64,000 bases of DNA from Mobula birostris (Eukaryota), in the NCBI RefSeq assembly GCF_030028105.1, contig NC_092395.1, forward strand, positions 43,242,459 through 43,306,458, read 5' to 3'. The notes under the pieces were generated by a model. It had not been told where the DNA came from. It was given only the letters and a program-made list of their open reading frames with translations, and did no database searches. This document shows positions 1 through 11,994 of this stretch, piece by piece. A program made the translations under genes and the position numbers. Within the stretch, counting starts at the first letter, position 1, and the number at the start of each line of letters is the position of its first letter.

Positions 1-1978
1 ACTGGCTGGAGGGGCAGAGCATCCATTTTCGGTCTGACAGATCACACTGTTCAATTTTATCCTCACTTATCGGCCCGGCAGCAAGTATACAAAGGCCGAC
101 GCTCTCTCCCGGCAGTTTGACGGATCTGAGGACAATGCCGATCCAGAGCCCATTTGGTCCCCTAATCTGAGGAAAGACATCCTTGCCATAGAGGGAGTAC
201 AAAGAAGGTTCACCGGATTGATTCCTGGGATGGCAGGATTTTCATATGATGAAAGACTGGATCGGCTAGCCTTATACTCGTTGGAATTTAGAAGATTGAG
301 GGGGAATCTTATTGAAACGTACAAAATCCTAAAGGGATTGGACAGGCTAGATGCAGGAAGATTGCTCCCGATGTTGGGGATGTCCAGAACGAGGGGTCAC
401 AGTTTGAGGATAAAGGGGAAGCCTTTTAGGACCGAGATTAGGAAAAAACTTCTTCACACAGAGAGTGGTGAATCTGTGGAATTCTCTGCCACAGGAAACA
501 GTTGAGGCCAGTTCATTGGCTATATTCAAGAGGGAGTTAGATATGGCCCTTGTGGCTAAAGGGATCGGGGGTATGGAGGGAAGGCTGGTACAGAGTTCTG
601 AGTTGGATGATCAGCAATGATCAAACTGAATGGCGGTGCAGGCTCGAAGGGCCGAATGGCCTACTCCTGCACCTATTTTCTATATTTTCTATGTTTTCTA
701 CGTATCGCTGCTCCGGTGATCTGGGGAATAAAGGCAGGGTTGAGGGCCGCCCAACAATTAAATACAGGCCCAGATGGGTTTCCTCCCAACCGGCTGTTTA
801 TCCCCGGTGCGGTGCGTTCCAAAGTGTTAGAATGGGGTCACTCCTTCCATATCTGGCTTGACGTGCGGGAATTTAACGGACTCAGGAGTTTATCAAGAGG
901 TAATTTTGGTGGCCATCTATGTACCAGGATGTCCACGACTTTGTACCTGCCTGTCCCATCTGCGCTCGGAACTAACTATCACGCCAGCGTCCAGCAGGTC
1001 TGTTATGTCCATTGCCTGTGCCCCACCGCCTCTGGTCACACCTCTCTGTAGATTTCATCACTGGTCTGCCCCCGTCTAATGGAAACACCGCCATTTAGGT
1101 CGTTGTGGATCGATTTTCCAAGGCTGCCCACTTCATTGCCCTCCCCAAGCTCCCATCTGCTCGTGAGACTGCCACACTCCTGGTTCAACACGTGTTCAGG
1201 ATCCATGGCTTCCCTCAAGACATAGTGTCTGATCGTGGACCACGGTTCACTTCCCGCTTTTGGAGGCTTTCTGGTCTCTTTCAGCAGCCACGGTCAGCCT
1301 CTCGTCTGGCCCCTCCACCCCCAATCTAATGGCCAGACTGAGAGAGTGAACCAGGAGTTAGAGACAACCCTGCACTGTCTTGCCTCTTCCAACTCCACGT
1401 CCTGGAGCTTCCAATTGGTTTGAGCGGAGATCACCCACAATAACCTCCAGTCATCCTCCATCGGTATGTTTTCCTTTGAATGCCATGAGGGATTCCAGAC
1501 CCCGCTCTTCCCTGATCAGAAGATCGACTAAGGAGCTCCTGCTGCTGAACAGCTGATTCAGCGCTACCAGCGGACCTCGAGACGATCCAGGGCTTCTCTG
1601 CTGCGCGGCCAGGAACAACATTCCCGGCAGGCTGATCGCCTCCGTCGGCAGGTAAGGCCATTCACGCCTGGAGAGGAGGTCTGGCTGGCATCAACAGATC
1701 TTCCCCTGGAAGACGAGAACCGGAAATTGGCACAACGCTACGTGGGACCGTTTGTGGTGGAAAAGGCTGTCAACAAGATGTATCTGCCACCATCACTGAA
1801 GATCCACCCAGTATTCCATGTTTCCCAGCTCAAGCGGGTAACTACCTCCCCCCGACCCCAGTCACTCCACCTCCTTCCCGCCTGGTAGATGGTTCCCTTG
1901 TCTAAACTGTGTGGCACCTCCTAGCATCTCGCCGGGTACGTGGTAAGGTCCAGTAACTTGTGGACTGGGAAGGGTTTT
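1..1978 (+). mobile_element. Sushi-type Ty3/Gypsy pol fragment (RNase H end, integrase, chromodomain), interrupted by CR1
   Basis: Bases 1-145 encode [18 protein letters not shown]. Bases 701-1978 encode [53 protein letters not shown] and a chromodomain-like RRVRGKVQ*LVDWEG. Many frameshifts and stops. Confidence 0.9.
146..700 (+). mobile_element. CR1 LINE 3' fragment nested in the Gypsy pol
   Basis: [34 protein letters not shown] is a CR1 ORF2 C-terminus. The 3' UTR ends in (TTCTAT)-like repeats. Confidence 0.9.
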
Positions 1979-1984
1979 TTCCTG

Positions 1985-4395
1985 GTGAAAAATACAGTTT
2001 GAGTTTTTTCTACTGAAAATCTACATCCTCAAACATAACCCCACTCCACCACTTCATCAATTGTTCTTTGTTGTTTCCTGATTATATGCTCCATGTTCCT
2101 GCCTCTTTTCCACAAGGCCCCATTATCTGCAAACAGTGACCTACCTATATCTATATCCACTGGTATCTTTGTGAATACATCATTGATCATAATGATGAAA
2201 AGTAACGAGCTAATCACATTACCTTGAGGTGTGCCATTTCCCACTATGCACTATTTTGATAATTCTGATCCAATCCAAACTAGAATTTTTCCACCAAACA
2301 AAAAATCTTTCATCCAATTAAAAACTATCCCACCAACATCCATCTTGTGCAGTTTAATTAACAATCCTACCTTCCACATCATATCATAGGCTTTTTCAAT
2401 GTCAAAAAAACACTGTAACTACAGACTCTTATTTTGCCTAGGCCTTTCTTATTTCAGTTTCTAACCTTATCACTGAGTCCATGGAATTCCTTCCCTTCCT
2501 AAAACCACTCTTATAACTTGCCAGCATTGCCCTCTTCTCAAGCTCATACTATAACTTTTCTGTTATCATTCTTTCCATTATCTTACATATATTTGATGTT
2601 AGTGCTATTGGTCTGTAGCTAGTGGGTTTTGACGGATCCTTGCCTAGTTTCCTTATTGGAATTACTACCACTTCTTTCCATGCACTTGGTAATCTTTCCT
2701 CCTCCCACACTCTGTTATAAAAATGCAGCAACTTCAAGAACGCCCCTTCTCCTAGACTTTTTCATATAACATAGCATATCAGATCTTTCCCTGGCGAGGT
2801 TGGTCTCGATCTCTTTATTGCTCTCACCATTTCTGCCAACGTAAATGGATCATCAATTACATCATCTGTTCCTTCCCTCCTGTTTAACACACCTGGGTGT
2901 TGACTCATTGTTCTTTCCCTTCTCTTTCTCCCTTCTTCAGACAAATTTTCTGAACTGTGTATTTGTAGAAACAACTTGGCCATGATCTCCACCTTATCCC
3001 TACTGGAGACTGCTGTTTCCTCCTCAGATATCATTACTGGATATTCCCATTCCCTTCTATCTCTGCCCCCCCCATCCTCTTAATCATTCTCCATACCTCT
3101 CCCACAGGTGTTGTTCTTCCTATTTTGTTTCAAAAACTCCTCCAGCTTGCCCTTTGAGCTTGACATATAGTTCTCACCACTGCCTGTGCCTTCTTACATT
3201 GAATCAAATCCTGCATTTTATGGGTTCTTTTAACTAGCTTGAAAGCCCTATTTCTGTTTTTTACAGCCTGACAACATTCCCCTGCACACCATGGTACCAG
3301 TTTTCTATTCATCCTATATTTACTCCTGGGTATAGCTCCTTCTGCTGCCATAATAATTGCGGGAGTCACCTGACTGTTTAAGTCATCTATATTTCCAAAA
3401 ATGTCAATCTTTGTCAATGCTTCTTCACTCAACTTCTGGGACTTACCCCAATCTGCTTTTCCAAACACCCACTTTGGGATTCCACCACCTGGTCTTACTT
3501 CAACTCTTTCACCCACTGAACACAAAACAGGGTAGTGTTCACTTCCTACTGTTGAAGCAGTCCAAACTCCCTAGTTACTAATGCCAGCCAAGGTATTACA
3601 AACTAATATAATATCTAATACTGACTCAGTTCCTGTTGTTATATTTATCCTTGTTCCTCTACTACTATCATTCATACATACCAAATCCCTTTCTTCCATC
3701 AAATCTTCAATTACCTTTCCATTTAAATCTGTAATCGTATCCCCCATATTGTGCTTGAACATTGAAATCTGCACACCACACTGCTTTATGTCTGTGTTGT
3801 CCTTGTATCCTTAATAGGTTGTCCAAATCCAATCTTTTACATGGATTGTAGTAGTTAATTATAACCACTGCCTCCCCTCTCTCCCACACTTCCACTACTA
3901 TGTATTGTTGATCATCTCCTTTTTCCAGTACCCTATATGGTATACCTTGCTTGACTAACATAGCACAACCCCCTTCTTCCCCTAGATTTCTATCTTTCCT
4001 TATCATTGTATACCCATAATACCACAAAGTCTAAGGTTGGTTTCACCTAAGTTTCCTGAATACACACTACATCCGGTTTTACAACCATTTCTTTCAAAAG
4101 TGTTTGAATTTCTGGCTATTGGCCAGTAAGCTCCTTCCATTCCATTGCAAAATTAGTATTAACAACCCATGACACTTCCTGGCTTGACTGATTAGTGAAG
4201 TTCTCCCTCACTTCTTCCCAAGTTGGTTCTACTGACCCCAAATGGTTCACTGCTGTGTTGACCACCAGCTGAACTTTGTCCCTTCTTGACTTTACCTCAG
4301 CTGTATTATTAATCACTCCAGCAATGAATGTTACCAGAGCCTTTTTGTCTACATAAACCCTGTCATTTGTTCTTTGTTGCACCTCTTGCATCCCT
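1985..4395 (-). mobile_element. I-group (Nimb-like) LINE fragment: ORF1 end, APE endonuclease, RT
   Basis: Motifs GTPQGNVISSLLFIIMIND, SLFADNGALWKRGRN, PTSYRPIALTS, IRKDRNLGEEGGCAMLVK and IINYYNPCKRL. Confidence 0.8.
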
Positions 4396-4404
4396 ATTGC
4401 TCCC

Positions 4405-4915
4405 TGTGATGGAAGGGCAATATCCAGATTTCAGGATAAGTCCAGTGGTGTTCCACAGGGATCAGTGCGTGCACCTCTGTTGTTTGCAATGTACAGTAAA
4501 TGACTTGGATGAAAATACAAAGTGGCTGATTAGTAGGCTTGCAGATGGCAAAAGGAATACAAAAAGTGTTTGCAGTGCACTAGATGTGATCTCAGCAGAG
4601 CTTCTTTGAACAAAAAGACAGAATGCTGAATTGAGATAAGCTACTTGGTCCTGAAACATCAACTACCTGGATTGGATGGACTACATCCCAGGGTTCTGAA
4701 AAGGTTGATGTTAAGATTGTGTTGGAATTTGTAGTCATCTTTGAAGATTCATTAGATTCTGCAATGGCTTTGGTGGACTGAAAATTACAAATGCCAGTCC
4801 ACCCCCTAAGAAGAGAGTGGTGAAAAGAAAGGAAATTATATTATATTTTAGTGGTTGGCAAGATATTAGAGTCCATCCTTAAGGATGAGCTTTTCGGTAC
4901 TTGGAGACACTTGGT
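4405..4915 (+). mobile_element. Chimeric degenerate CR1 fragments (paralogous to 21770-22290)
   Basis: CR1 RT-like SGVPQGSV and NDLDE remnants joined to an upstream CR1 segment through the same unique linker seen at about 21.9 kb. Confidence 0.65.
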
Positions 4916-4964
4916 CTAGTGTACGTGACCCCTGCCATAACAGTAATACAATTTGTTTGGCCAG

Positions 4965-5125
4965 GCTGGTTTCTCACTCTTTTAGAAGTTTAACTGGTCA
5001 TTGTAAATTGTCCCATGATAACGTAAGGCATAAATCAGGGGTTGCTGGGCTACGTGGGTCAAAGAGCTGGAGGGGCCTTTTCCACTCTGTATCTCTAAAT
5101 AAATACAAATAAATAAACTAAGTAG
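4965..5125 (+). mobile_element. V-SINE (HE1-like) 3' part
   Basis: TTAACTGGTCATTGTAAATTGTCCC...GGGTTGCTGGGC...CTGTATCTCTAAATAAATA tail. Confidence 0.7.
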
Positions 5126-5149
5126 ACAGGTTTGTGTGTGTGTGCATGT

Positions 5150-7600
5150 GCGTGATGAACCCTTCGGACCAGCGAGGGTCGTCGGGTAGCGGCAGGTCTC
5201 GACGCATGTGAATGTCATTTATTTGAGTTTATTGGAGCTATTTTAATGACTAATTTTATTGATGAGCTGATTGTCATTTTCAGGATGGTTGTCATGTGAA
5301 ATTGGTTACCTGTGCTTCTTGTTCTTTGACAATCAGTTTTTGATTTTGACCGCATAGGTTTCTTGCGTTTTATGTTCCATTTAAGATTATTCTGGACCAG
5401 CGTTCATCGATCAGTCCTGGATTTTCATTCTGTGAGCTCTATTCCTGAGTAAGTAAGCTCTTATTATTCTTTATATTATTCTCCAAATAAATCTTCATCA
5501 TTAATTTCTTCTATCTGCTGAGTCCTGAGTTTACACTGTACCTTCTTCCACTCATCTGAATTTTATGACAGCAGGACACAACGGGGATTGACGGCATGAA
5601 CAGCATCTCCATGAAATATATGTGTCATTGCAGAAGGTCTCTGGTTTCACACACTCACCTGTGTGTCCTGCAATGTGTTCCCAGAACTACCATGGAGAGT
5701 CAATTAATCTGCTGCCCTGGAGCGATACAAGGGGGACGCTGAAACTTGCCATGAGTTCTTAAATCAGTGCTCCCTAGCCTTTCAGTTAGAATTTTTGGGG
5801 TTCTCTTTGGATACGTGTAAAGAGGCCTATATAATTTCCTTCCACTTGGGCAGAGCCCTTTCATGGGCAATGGCTTTATGGGAGAAGGATGCTGCTGTAT
5901 ATTCTGATATAAAGCTATTTCTAAGAATGATGAGGAGAATATTCTGTCATCCTGCTGGGGCCCCAGAGGGAGCCAGCAGACTCCTACAGCTACATCAGGG
6001 AGTGTTGTCCATGGCTGACCATTCCATTGATTTCTGTACCTTCATGGCAGACAGCAGGTGGGACAATGCTTATACAGGGATTAAATTACTATTTTAAAGA
6101 TGCTTTTGCCTCCAGGGACCAGGCAGAGTATTTGAACGAATTTATGGACATGACCATAAGAATTGCCTATCATATATCTGAAAGAAGGCTGGAGAGATGT
6201 GGTGAGTTCTCCCGGATCGTTGGTTCTCAGAAATACTCAATGCCTACTCCGGTTCCTCAACCCGATAGCCAAAGCAGTTCCTTGCAGTCATCTCTCGAAA
6301 ATCCTATGTAACCTGGAAAAACCCGGGTCTCCACAGCAGAGGGAGGGACATATGTAGCACAGGTGTTGCTGGTACTGTGGTAAAGCTGGCCACTTCCAAG
6401 TCACCTGCCCAAGGTTGTTGGGAAAACTCCAAGGACCGTCAAGTGAGTGGGAAACTTTTAAAGATAGTCTCAAGACTCTCTTCCATTTTGTCAAGTTCTG
6501 GATGGTTTTACCATACCTATTATCTTGGGGGAGACATCAACATTCTGTTAGAGCTGTGACGACAAACCAAGTTATCAGAAGATTGATGCTGATGAGAGAG
6601 ATAAGAGAGACAATGGAGAAACATACAAAATGCTAATAAGAGAGAAGAGAGAGATTAACGAGAAAGAAACACATTTCAGAACATTGACAGACCGGTTGCT
6701 TTGAACCTGAACTGTTTGAAGTTTGATGGACAGGTGATACCCCAGCAGGGGGATAAAAAGAACAGGTTCGCTAAGGCACGACACACACATGAGATCACGA
6801 GATGATGAAACCCTGGAAGAGCGGTGAGCCCCCACAAGTTGGAGCTCTGGTTCAAGGGAACCGACCATAGACTGACAGGGTGAAAAGGGACGATCAGCAG
6901 GAACCTGGTGTGTGTGTCCGCCCTTGCCTGGGTGCCGGGTTCACTGCGGAAGAGCGGTCGTATCTGGAACGAAGGGGTCACAGTCGGTGACCACAGAAGA
7001 CATAAAAGGGTTCGCCGGAAAGCTAACTGCGAAGAACATCAAAGGTCTGTTTGAATCAAAATTTCCATTCTCTCTCCCTCTCCAACGGCACAATAGCGAT
7101 TACTGCGAACTGTACTAAGCTGAACTGAACTCTGCGTCACTTGAGACTGATCATTTTACCTCTAGACTGCAATCGAGCTTGGTTGATTCCTATTACCCTA
7201 GTTCTGTGTACATGTGTGTTTTATTATTGCTAACCTGTTGCATTTATATCCTTACGATTAGAGTACTGTGTTACTTATTTCTTCAATAAAAAACTTTATT
7301 AGCTTCTGTTAAACCAGACTCCAACTAAGTGCTCCATTTCTGCTGGTTTGGCAACCCAGTTACGGGGTACGTAACAGAGCCTTGGAAAAATCTGGCTCAT
7401 CAGGGAATTTTTTGGACATCAGGATGGCTGAGAGAATTCAAATTCCTAAGGTTCACCTCTACAATTTTATCTGTGCTACGGCCCTGAATGGTAGACTTTT
7501 GGAATATGGACATATCCTTCATCTTTCTGTCCTCTCAAGTTGACCATTGGAAGTCATGAGGATCCAGTTCATTTCCATCTTATTCATTCACCAGACAATG
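5150..7600 (+). mobile_element. Sushi-type Gypsy 5' LTR plus degenerate gag-protease (copy A)
   Basis: LTR about 5150-5570 ends TATGACA. Gag motifs AYIISFHLGRALSWA and SRLLQLHQG. Protease-like ALEKSGSSGNFLDI lies after the solo-LTR insertion. Confidence 0.85.
6555..7376 (+). mobile_element. Solo LTR (822 bp) with 4-bp TSD GAGC
   Basis: TGTGAC...GTAACA termini, GAGC at 6551-6554 and 7377-7380, AATAAA near 7286. The empty site is visible in the paralog at about 16520. Confidence 0.92.
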
Positions 7601-9180
7601 CCTAATAAGACCATAAGATGTAGAAGCAGAATAAGGCCTTGGCCCATCAATTCTGCTCCACCATTTCATCATGATGAATCCATTTCCTTTCTCAGCTCCA
7701 ATCTCCTGTCAGCTCTTTGTATCTTTTCATGCTTCAACTGATCAAGAATCTAATCAACCTCTGCCTGAAATATACCCACTGATTTAGCCTCCACATTCAC
7801 CTGTGGCAATAAATTCCACAGATACACCACTCTCTGGCTGAAGAAATTCCTCCTCATCTCCATTCTAAAAGGGTGCCTCTATTTTGAGGTTGTGTCCTCT
7901 GGTCTTGTACTTCCCCCACCATAGGGAACATCTGCTCCACATCCACTCTATCAAGACCTTTCAACTTTCAATAGCTTTCAATGAAGTCACCCCTTATTCT
8001 TCTGAATTTCCAGTGAGTCGAGGCCCAGAGCCTAAAATGCTCCTCATATGATAAGCTTTTCAATCCTGGAATCTTTCATGTGAACCTCCTTTGAACCTTC
8101 TCCAATGCCAGCACATCCTTTCTCAGATAAGGGGCCCAAAACTGCTCACAAAACTCACCTGGGCTTTGTAAAACCTCAGCAGTGCATTTGCCTTCTTCAT
8201 CACTGACTCAATTTGCAAACTGACCTTTAGGGAATCCTGTAGAAAGACTCCCAAATCCTTTGGCACCTCAGCTTTTTTAAATTTCTCTGCATTTAGAAAA
8301 TAGTCTGCCTTTTTATTTCTTCAGCCAACGTGCATGACCAGACATTTCCTGACACTGTACTCCATCTGCCACTTTGCCCATTCCCCTAATGAGTCTAAGT
8401 CCATCTGTAGGCTCTCTATTTGTTCAAAACTACCTGCCCTCCACCTACCTTCATATTGTACACAAATCTGGTCACAAGACCATCAATTCCAGCATCCAAG
8501 TCATTGGCATAACAACGTAAAAAGAAGCGGTCCCAACACAAACCCCTGTGGAACAGCATGAGTTACAAGCAGCCAACCAGAAAAGGCTCCCTTTATTCCC
8601 CATCTTTGCTTCCTGCCAATCTGCCAATACTCCATCCATGCTAGTATCTTTCCTGGCATACTATAGCTCTTAACTTGTTAAGCAGTCTCATGTGTGGCAC
8701 CTTGTCAAAGGCCTTCTGTCATGGTTCGGTCCGTGAAGTCCGCAATCAGGTTCACGGTCCGGTCCATGGACTCAGGACTCCGGGTCTTCCAGCTGTCCTT
8801 TGTTTGACTAAATCGAAGGCACCTGATTCCCATCTTTGGGCTTGCAATATAAGTAGCCTTGGGATTGAGTGTGGATGGCTGGTTTGGCTTGTCAGTCCCC
8901 TTTGGAGCAGCCTGCTGATGGAAGGCTAGTGAATCCATTTGTGATCTCTAGGCCTGGTTGGAGGACCACTGCTTCATGGAGCCTTGTTGCCACTCATTGG
9001 AGTAGTCTTTGTGGTATGGATTTGGCTGTTTCCTGTGCCAGATGAGTGGCTGCCAGACACTCCAAGCTAGATAGGGAGCTGGCTCTTTCTGTCGCCAGCT
9101 GAGGTTGCTGGCTGAACTGAGACTTGGAGCTTCCCTGGAGCAGAGATGGAACTGTCTGTTGTTCTTTGGTGTTTGTCTCT

Positions 9181-9425
9181 TCTTGTCCTTGCCTCTATGG
9201 GGTAAACCAGGCTGTTTTGCCATTGCCTTCAGGAGGATCTGTCTTGTTTTGTCCTCGCCTCTGTGGGGTAAGCCAGGCTATTTTGCTGTTGCCCTACAGG
9301 GGATCTGTCTTGTCTTGTCCTTGCCTCTGTGGGGTAAGTCAGGCTGTTTTGCTGTTGCCCTGTGGGGGGATCTGTCTTGTCTTGTCCTTGCCTCTGTTGG
9401 GTAAGTCTGGCTGTTCTGCTGTTAC
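9181..9425. repeat. ~66-bp tandem repeat, about 3.7 copies
   Basis: The unit starts GTCC at 9185, 9251, 9317 and 9384. Confidence 0.9.
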
Positions 9426-9730
9426 CTGACAGAGAGACCTGTCCCACCTTGGTGTGGAGATGAAGTTGAGTCCCGGCTTATCGTAGGATAAGTCCTGGCA
9501 CTATGTCTATGTTCTGTCCTGTCTCATATGTGTGTTGTGTTAAAGATGAGTCCTGGCTTGTTGAAGGATAAGTCCTGGCTCTATGTTGATGTTCAGATCC
9601 CAGTCTGCCTCTCAGCTCCAGACCCTGAGTTATCAGCCTCTGCATTTCAAGATGAAGACCCCAAGCCTCGAGGATCTCAACCCAAGCCTCGAGGATCTCA
9701 AGCCGCTCCAAGAGCCCAAGCCGCTCGTCA

Positions 9731-9975
9731 TGTCATGTCCTTGCCTGGTTCTGGGGTCCGACCCCGAAGCAAGACCCAGGTTCTGGGTCCTTGTCCAATC
9801 TCGGGCTTGGAGTCTGAGCCTTGTCTTGTCTCCAAGCTCAGGCCTCTAGACCCCAGCCACGTCCTGTTCTGAAGCCATGTCATGTCCTTGCCTGGTTCCG
9901 GGGTCTGAGCCTGAGGCAAGACCCAGGTTCTGGGTCCTTGTCCAATCTCGGGCTCGGAGTCCAAGCCTTGTCTCC
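9731..9975. repeat. 147-bp direct repeat, about 1.7 copies
   Basis: TGTCATGTCCTTGCCTGGTTC at 9731 and 9878. Confidence 0.9.
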
Positions 9976-11994
9976 TAGTGCATGGTTCCTAGTCCTGGTC
10001 CTGCTTTCCCTAGCCCAACTCTGCATTCTTTTCCCTGCTCCTTGTCAGAATCCTGTCACGTCCCGACTCTAGTCACGTCCTGTTCCTTGTGCTTCAGTGT
10101 CTGTGTCTTGCATTTGGGTCTGTTTCCAGCACTCCATTGTGACACCACCTGAAAATCCAAGTGCACAACATCTTATTTTCTTTTGTCTTATCTGCTTGTT
10201 CTTTCTTCAAAGAATTCCAACAGTATTGTCAGGCAAGGTTTTCACTTAAGGAAGCCATGCTGATTAAGGCATATTTTTCACATGTCTCCAAGTACCCCAA
10301 AACCATTTATTTAACAATTGACTCCAATATCCTCCTAATCACTGAGGTCAGACTAACCAGCCAATATTTTTTTTTCTTTTGCTTCTCTCCCTTCTTGAAG
10401 AGTGCAATGACATTTGCAGTTTTCCATTCCTCTGGTATCATACCAGAATCAATTGATTCTTGAAATATCATTACTGATGCCTCTACAATCTCTTCAGCTA
10501 CCTCCTTCAGAACCCTGGAGTGTATACTATCTGGTCCAGGTGGCTTATCTATCTTCAGACCTTTCAGTTTCCCAAGAAACTTCTCCCTAGATATAGCAAC
10601 TTTACACACTTCTGCTGCATGACTCACATGAAGTTTCTGCATACTGCTGGTGTCTTCCACAGTGAAGACTGGTGCAAAATACTTATTCAGTTCATCTGCC
10701 ATTTCCTTGTCCCTCATAACTACCTCTCCAGCATCATTTTTCAGCAGTCCAATACCTTCTCTTGCCTTTCTCTTCCACTTTCTGTATCGAAAGAAAGTTT
10801 GGATATACTCTTTAACATTATTGGCTAGCTTGCTTTCGTATTCTACTTTTCTTTCTTTCTGACTGTTTAGTTGCCTTCTGTTGGTCTTAAAAAGCTCTGC
10901 AATCCTCTACCTTCCCACTGATGTTTGCTCTACTATATGCCCTCAGTTTGGCTGTTTTGTTGGCTTTGACTTCTTTTGTCAGCCACAGTTGTGTCATCCT
11001 GCCTTCCGAATACTTGTTCCTCTTTGGGATGTATTTTTCCTGCACCTTCCAAATTCCTCCCAGAAAGTCCAGCCATTGCTGCTCTGCCAGTGTTCTTCTC
11101 ATATCAGTATGGGCCAGCTCCTTTCTCATGCCTCTGTAATTCCCTTCACTCCACTGTAATAGTGGTAGATAAATAAGTGGATAGATAAGTAGGTAACTGA
11201 ATGAACAAATAAATAGATTGATAGACAGGTTATGGGTAACACTGCTGTTGGCCCGCCTCTGTATCACAAAGGTGATGGTGCATTTCTCAGGAGACAGAGC
11301 TCCAGGAAACAAACCCACACAACCAGATTTCTTTACTTTCAGCAACGAGGGAAGGGATGTCAGTACTAGCCACCCCAGTGGGGAATTCACATTTGAGTAT
11401 CATCATCCTTCCACTAAACTCTTAATGCTCCCACTCTACCACATCTGTACTGACCACATCACAATTCACACAAGTAGCAGTGGAAATATGGGTTTGGTAA
11501 TGTTAATAAATTGCTTATCTTAGACAGAAAATCTGCCAATTCAGTCTTGCTTTAGATTCTAGTGAACCAGGACAGGAAAGATTATACAAGTGAGGATCAA
11601 GCTCGATTTGAAATTAACAAACTCATGAATTGTGAGCATATTTCAATAACTACATATTTAATGAAGGAAGGTTTTACATATCCTGTGTAAGACCATGCTA
11701 AATATGGATCATCATACAGTTATCCTATTATCAGTTGTGTTTGTTACACATCAAGCAAATTTTTACTTCCTCAATGACCAGAATGGGTCAAACTTCTATA
11801 CTGTGAAATAGTTCACCCATTGTACAGTACTTCTTGGATGTTGATGAAACTTTAGATCAGAATCTCTCAAAGTAAAAATCCTATCTTTGTGGTTGGGAAC
11901 AGGAAGGGTGGCTACCCTTCACATGGTGACCTTGTTTGGTTCCCACATTTCACCTGTGGACATGGCCATGCTGTCATTTTCAGACCCGAGATCC

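Larger units (their letters stand above)
8717..10144 (+). mobile_element. Long solo-LTR-like element (1.43 kb) with internal tandem repeats
   Basis: TGTCAT...TGTGACA termini, TATA-like TATAAG near 8848, sushi-like U5 GCATTTGGGTC, no coding similarity. Confidence 0.7.
7600..11155 (-). mobile_element. CR1 LINE ORF2/3' part, split by an LTR at 8717-10144
   Basis: MRDKEMADELNKYFAPVFTVED...KPPGPDSIHSRVLKEVAEEIVE. The CR1 sequence AAAGGCCTTC|TGAAAATCCAAG is rejoined across the insert. Confidence 0.88.

Noticed and set aside
5795-6311. RTL1/PEG10-like domesticated gag gene
   Set aside because: Multiple frameshifts in all three paralogous copies, and the 5' LTR is still attached.
9181-9425. CRISPR-like array
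   Set aside because: Whole 66-bp units repeat without unique spacers, the context is eukaryotic, and no cas genes are present.
11976-11992. 17-bp exact match to 46608-46624 (ATTTTCAGACCCGAGAT), resembling a shared splice acceptor
   Set aside because: The downstream sequences do not align or encode related peptides, and one such match is plausible by chance in 64 kb.
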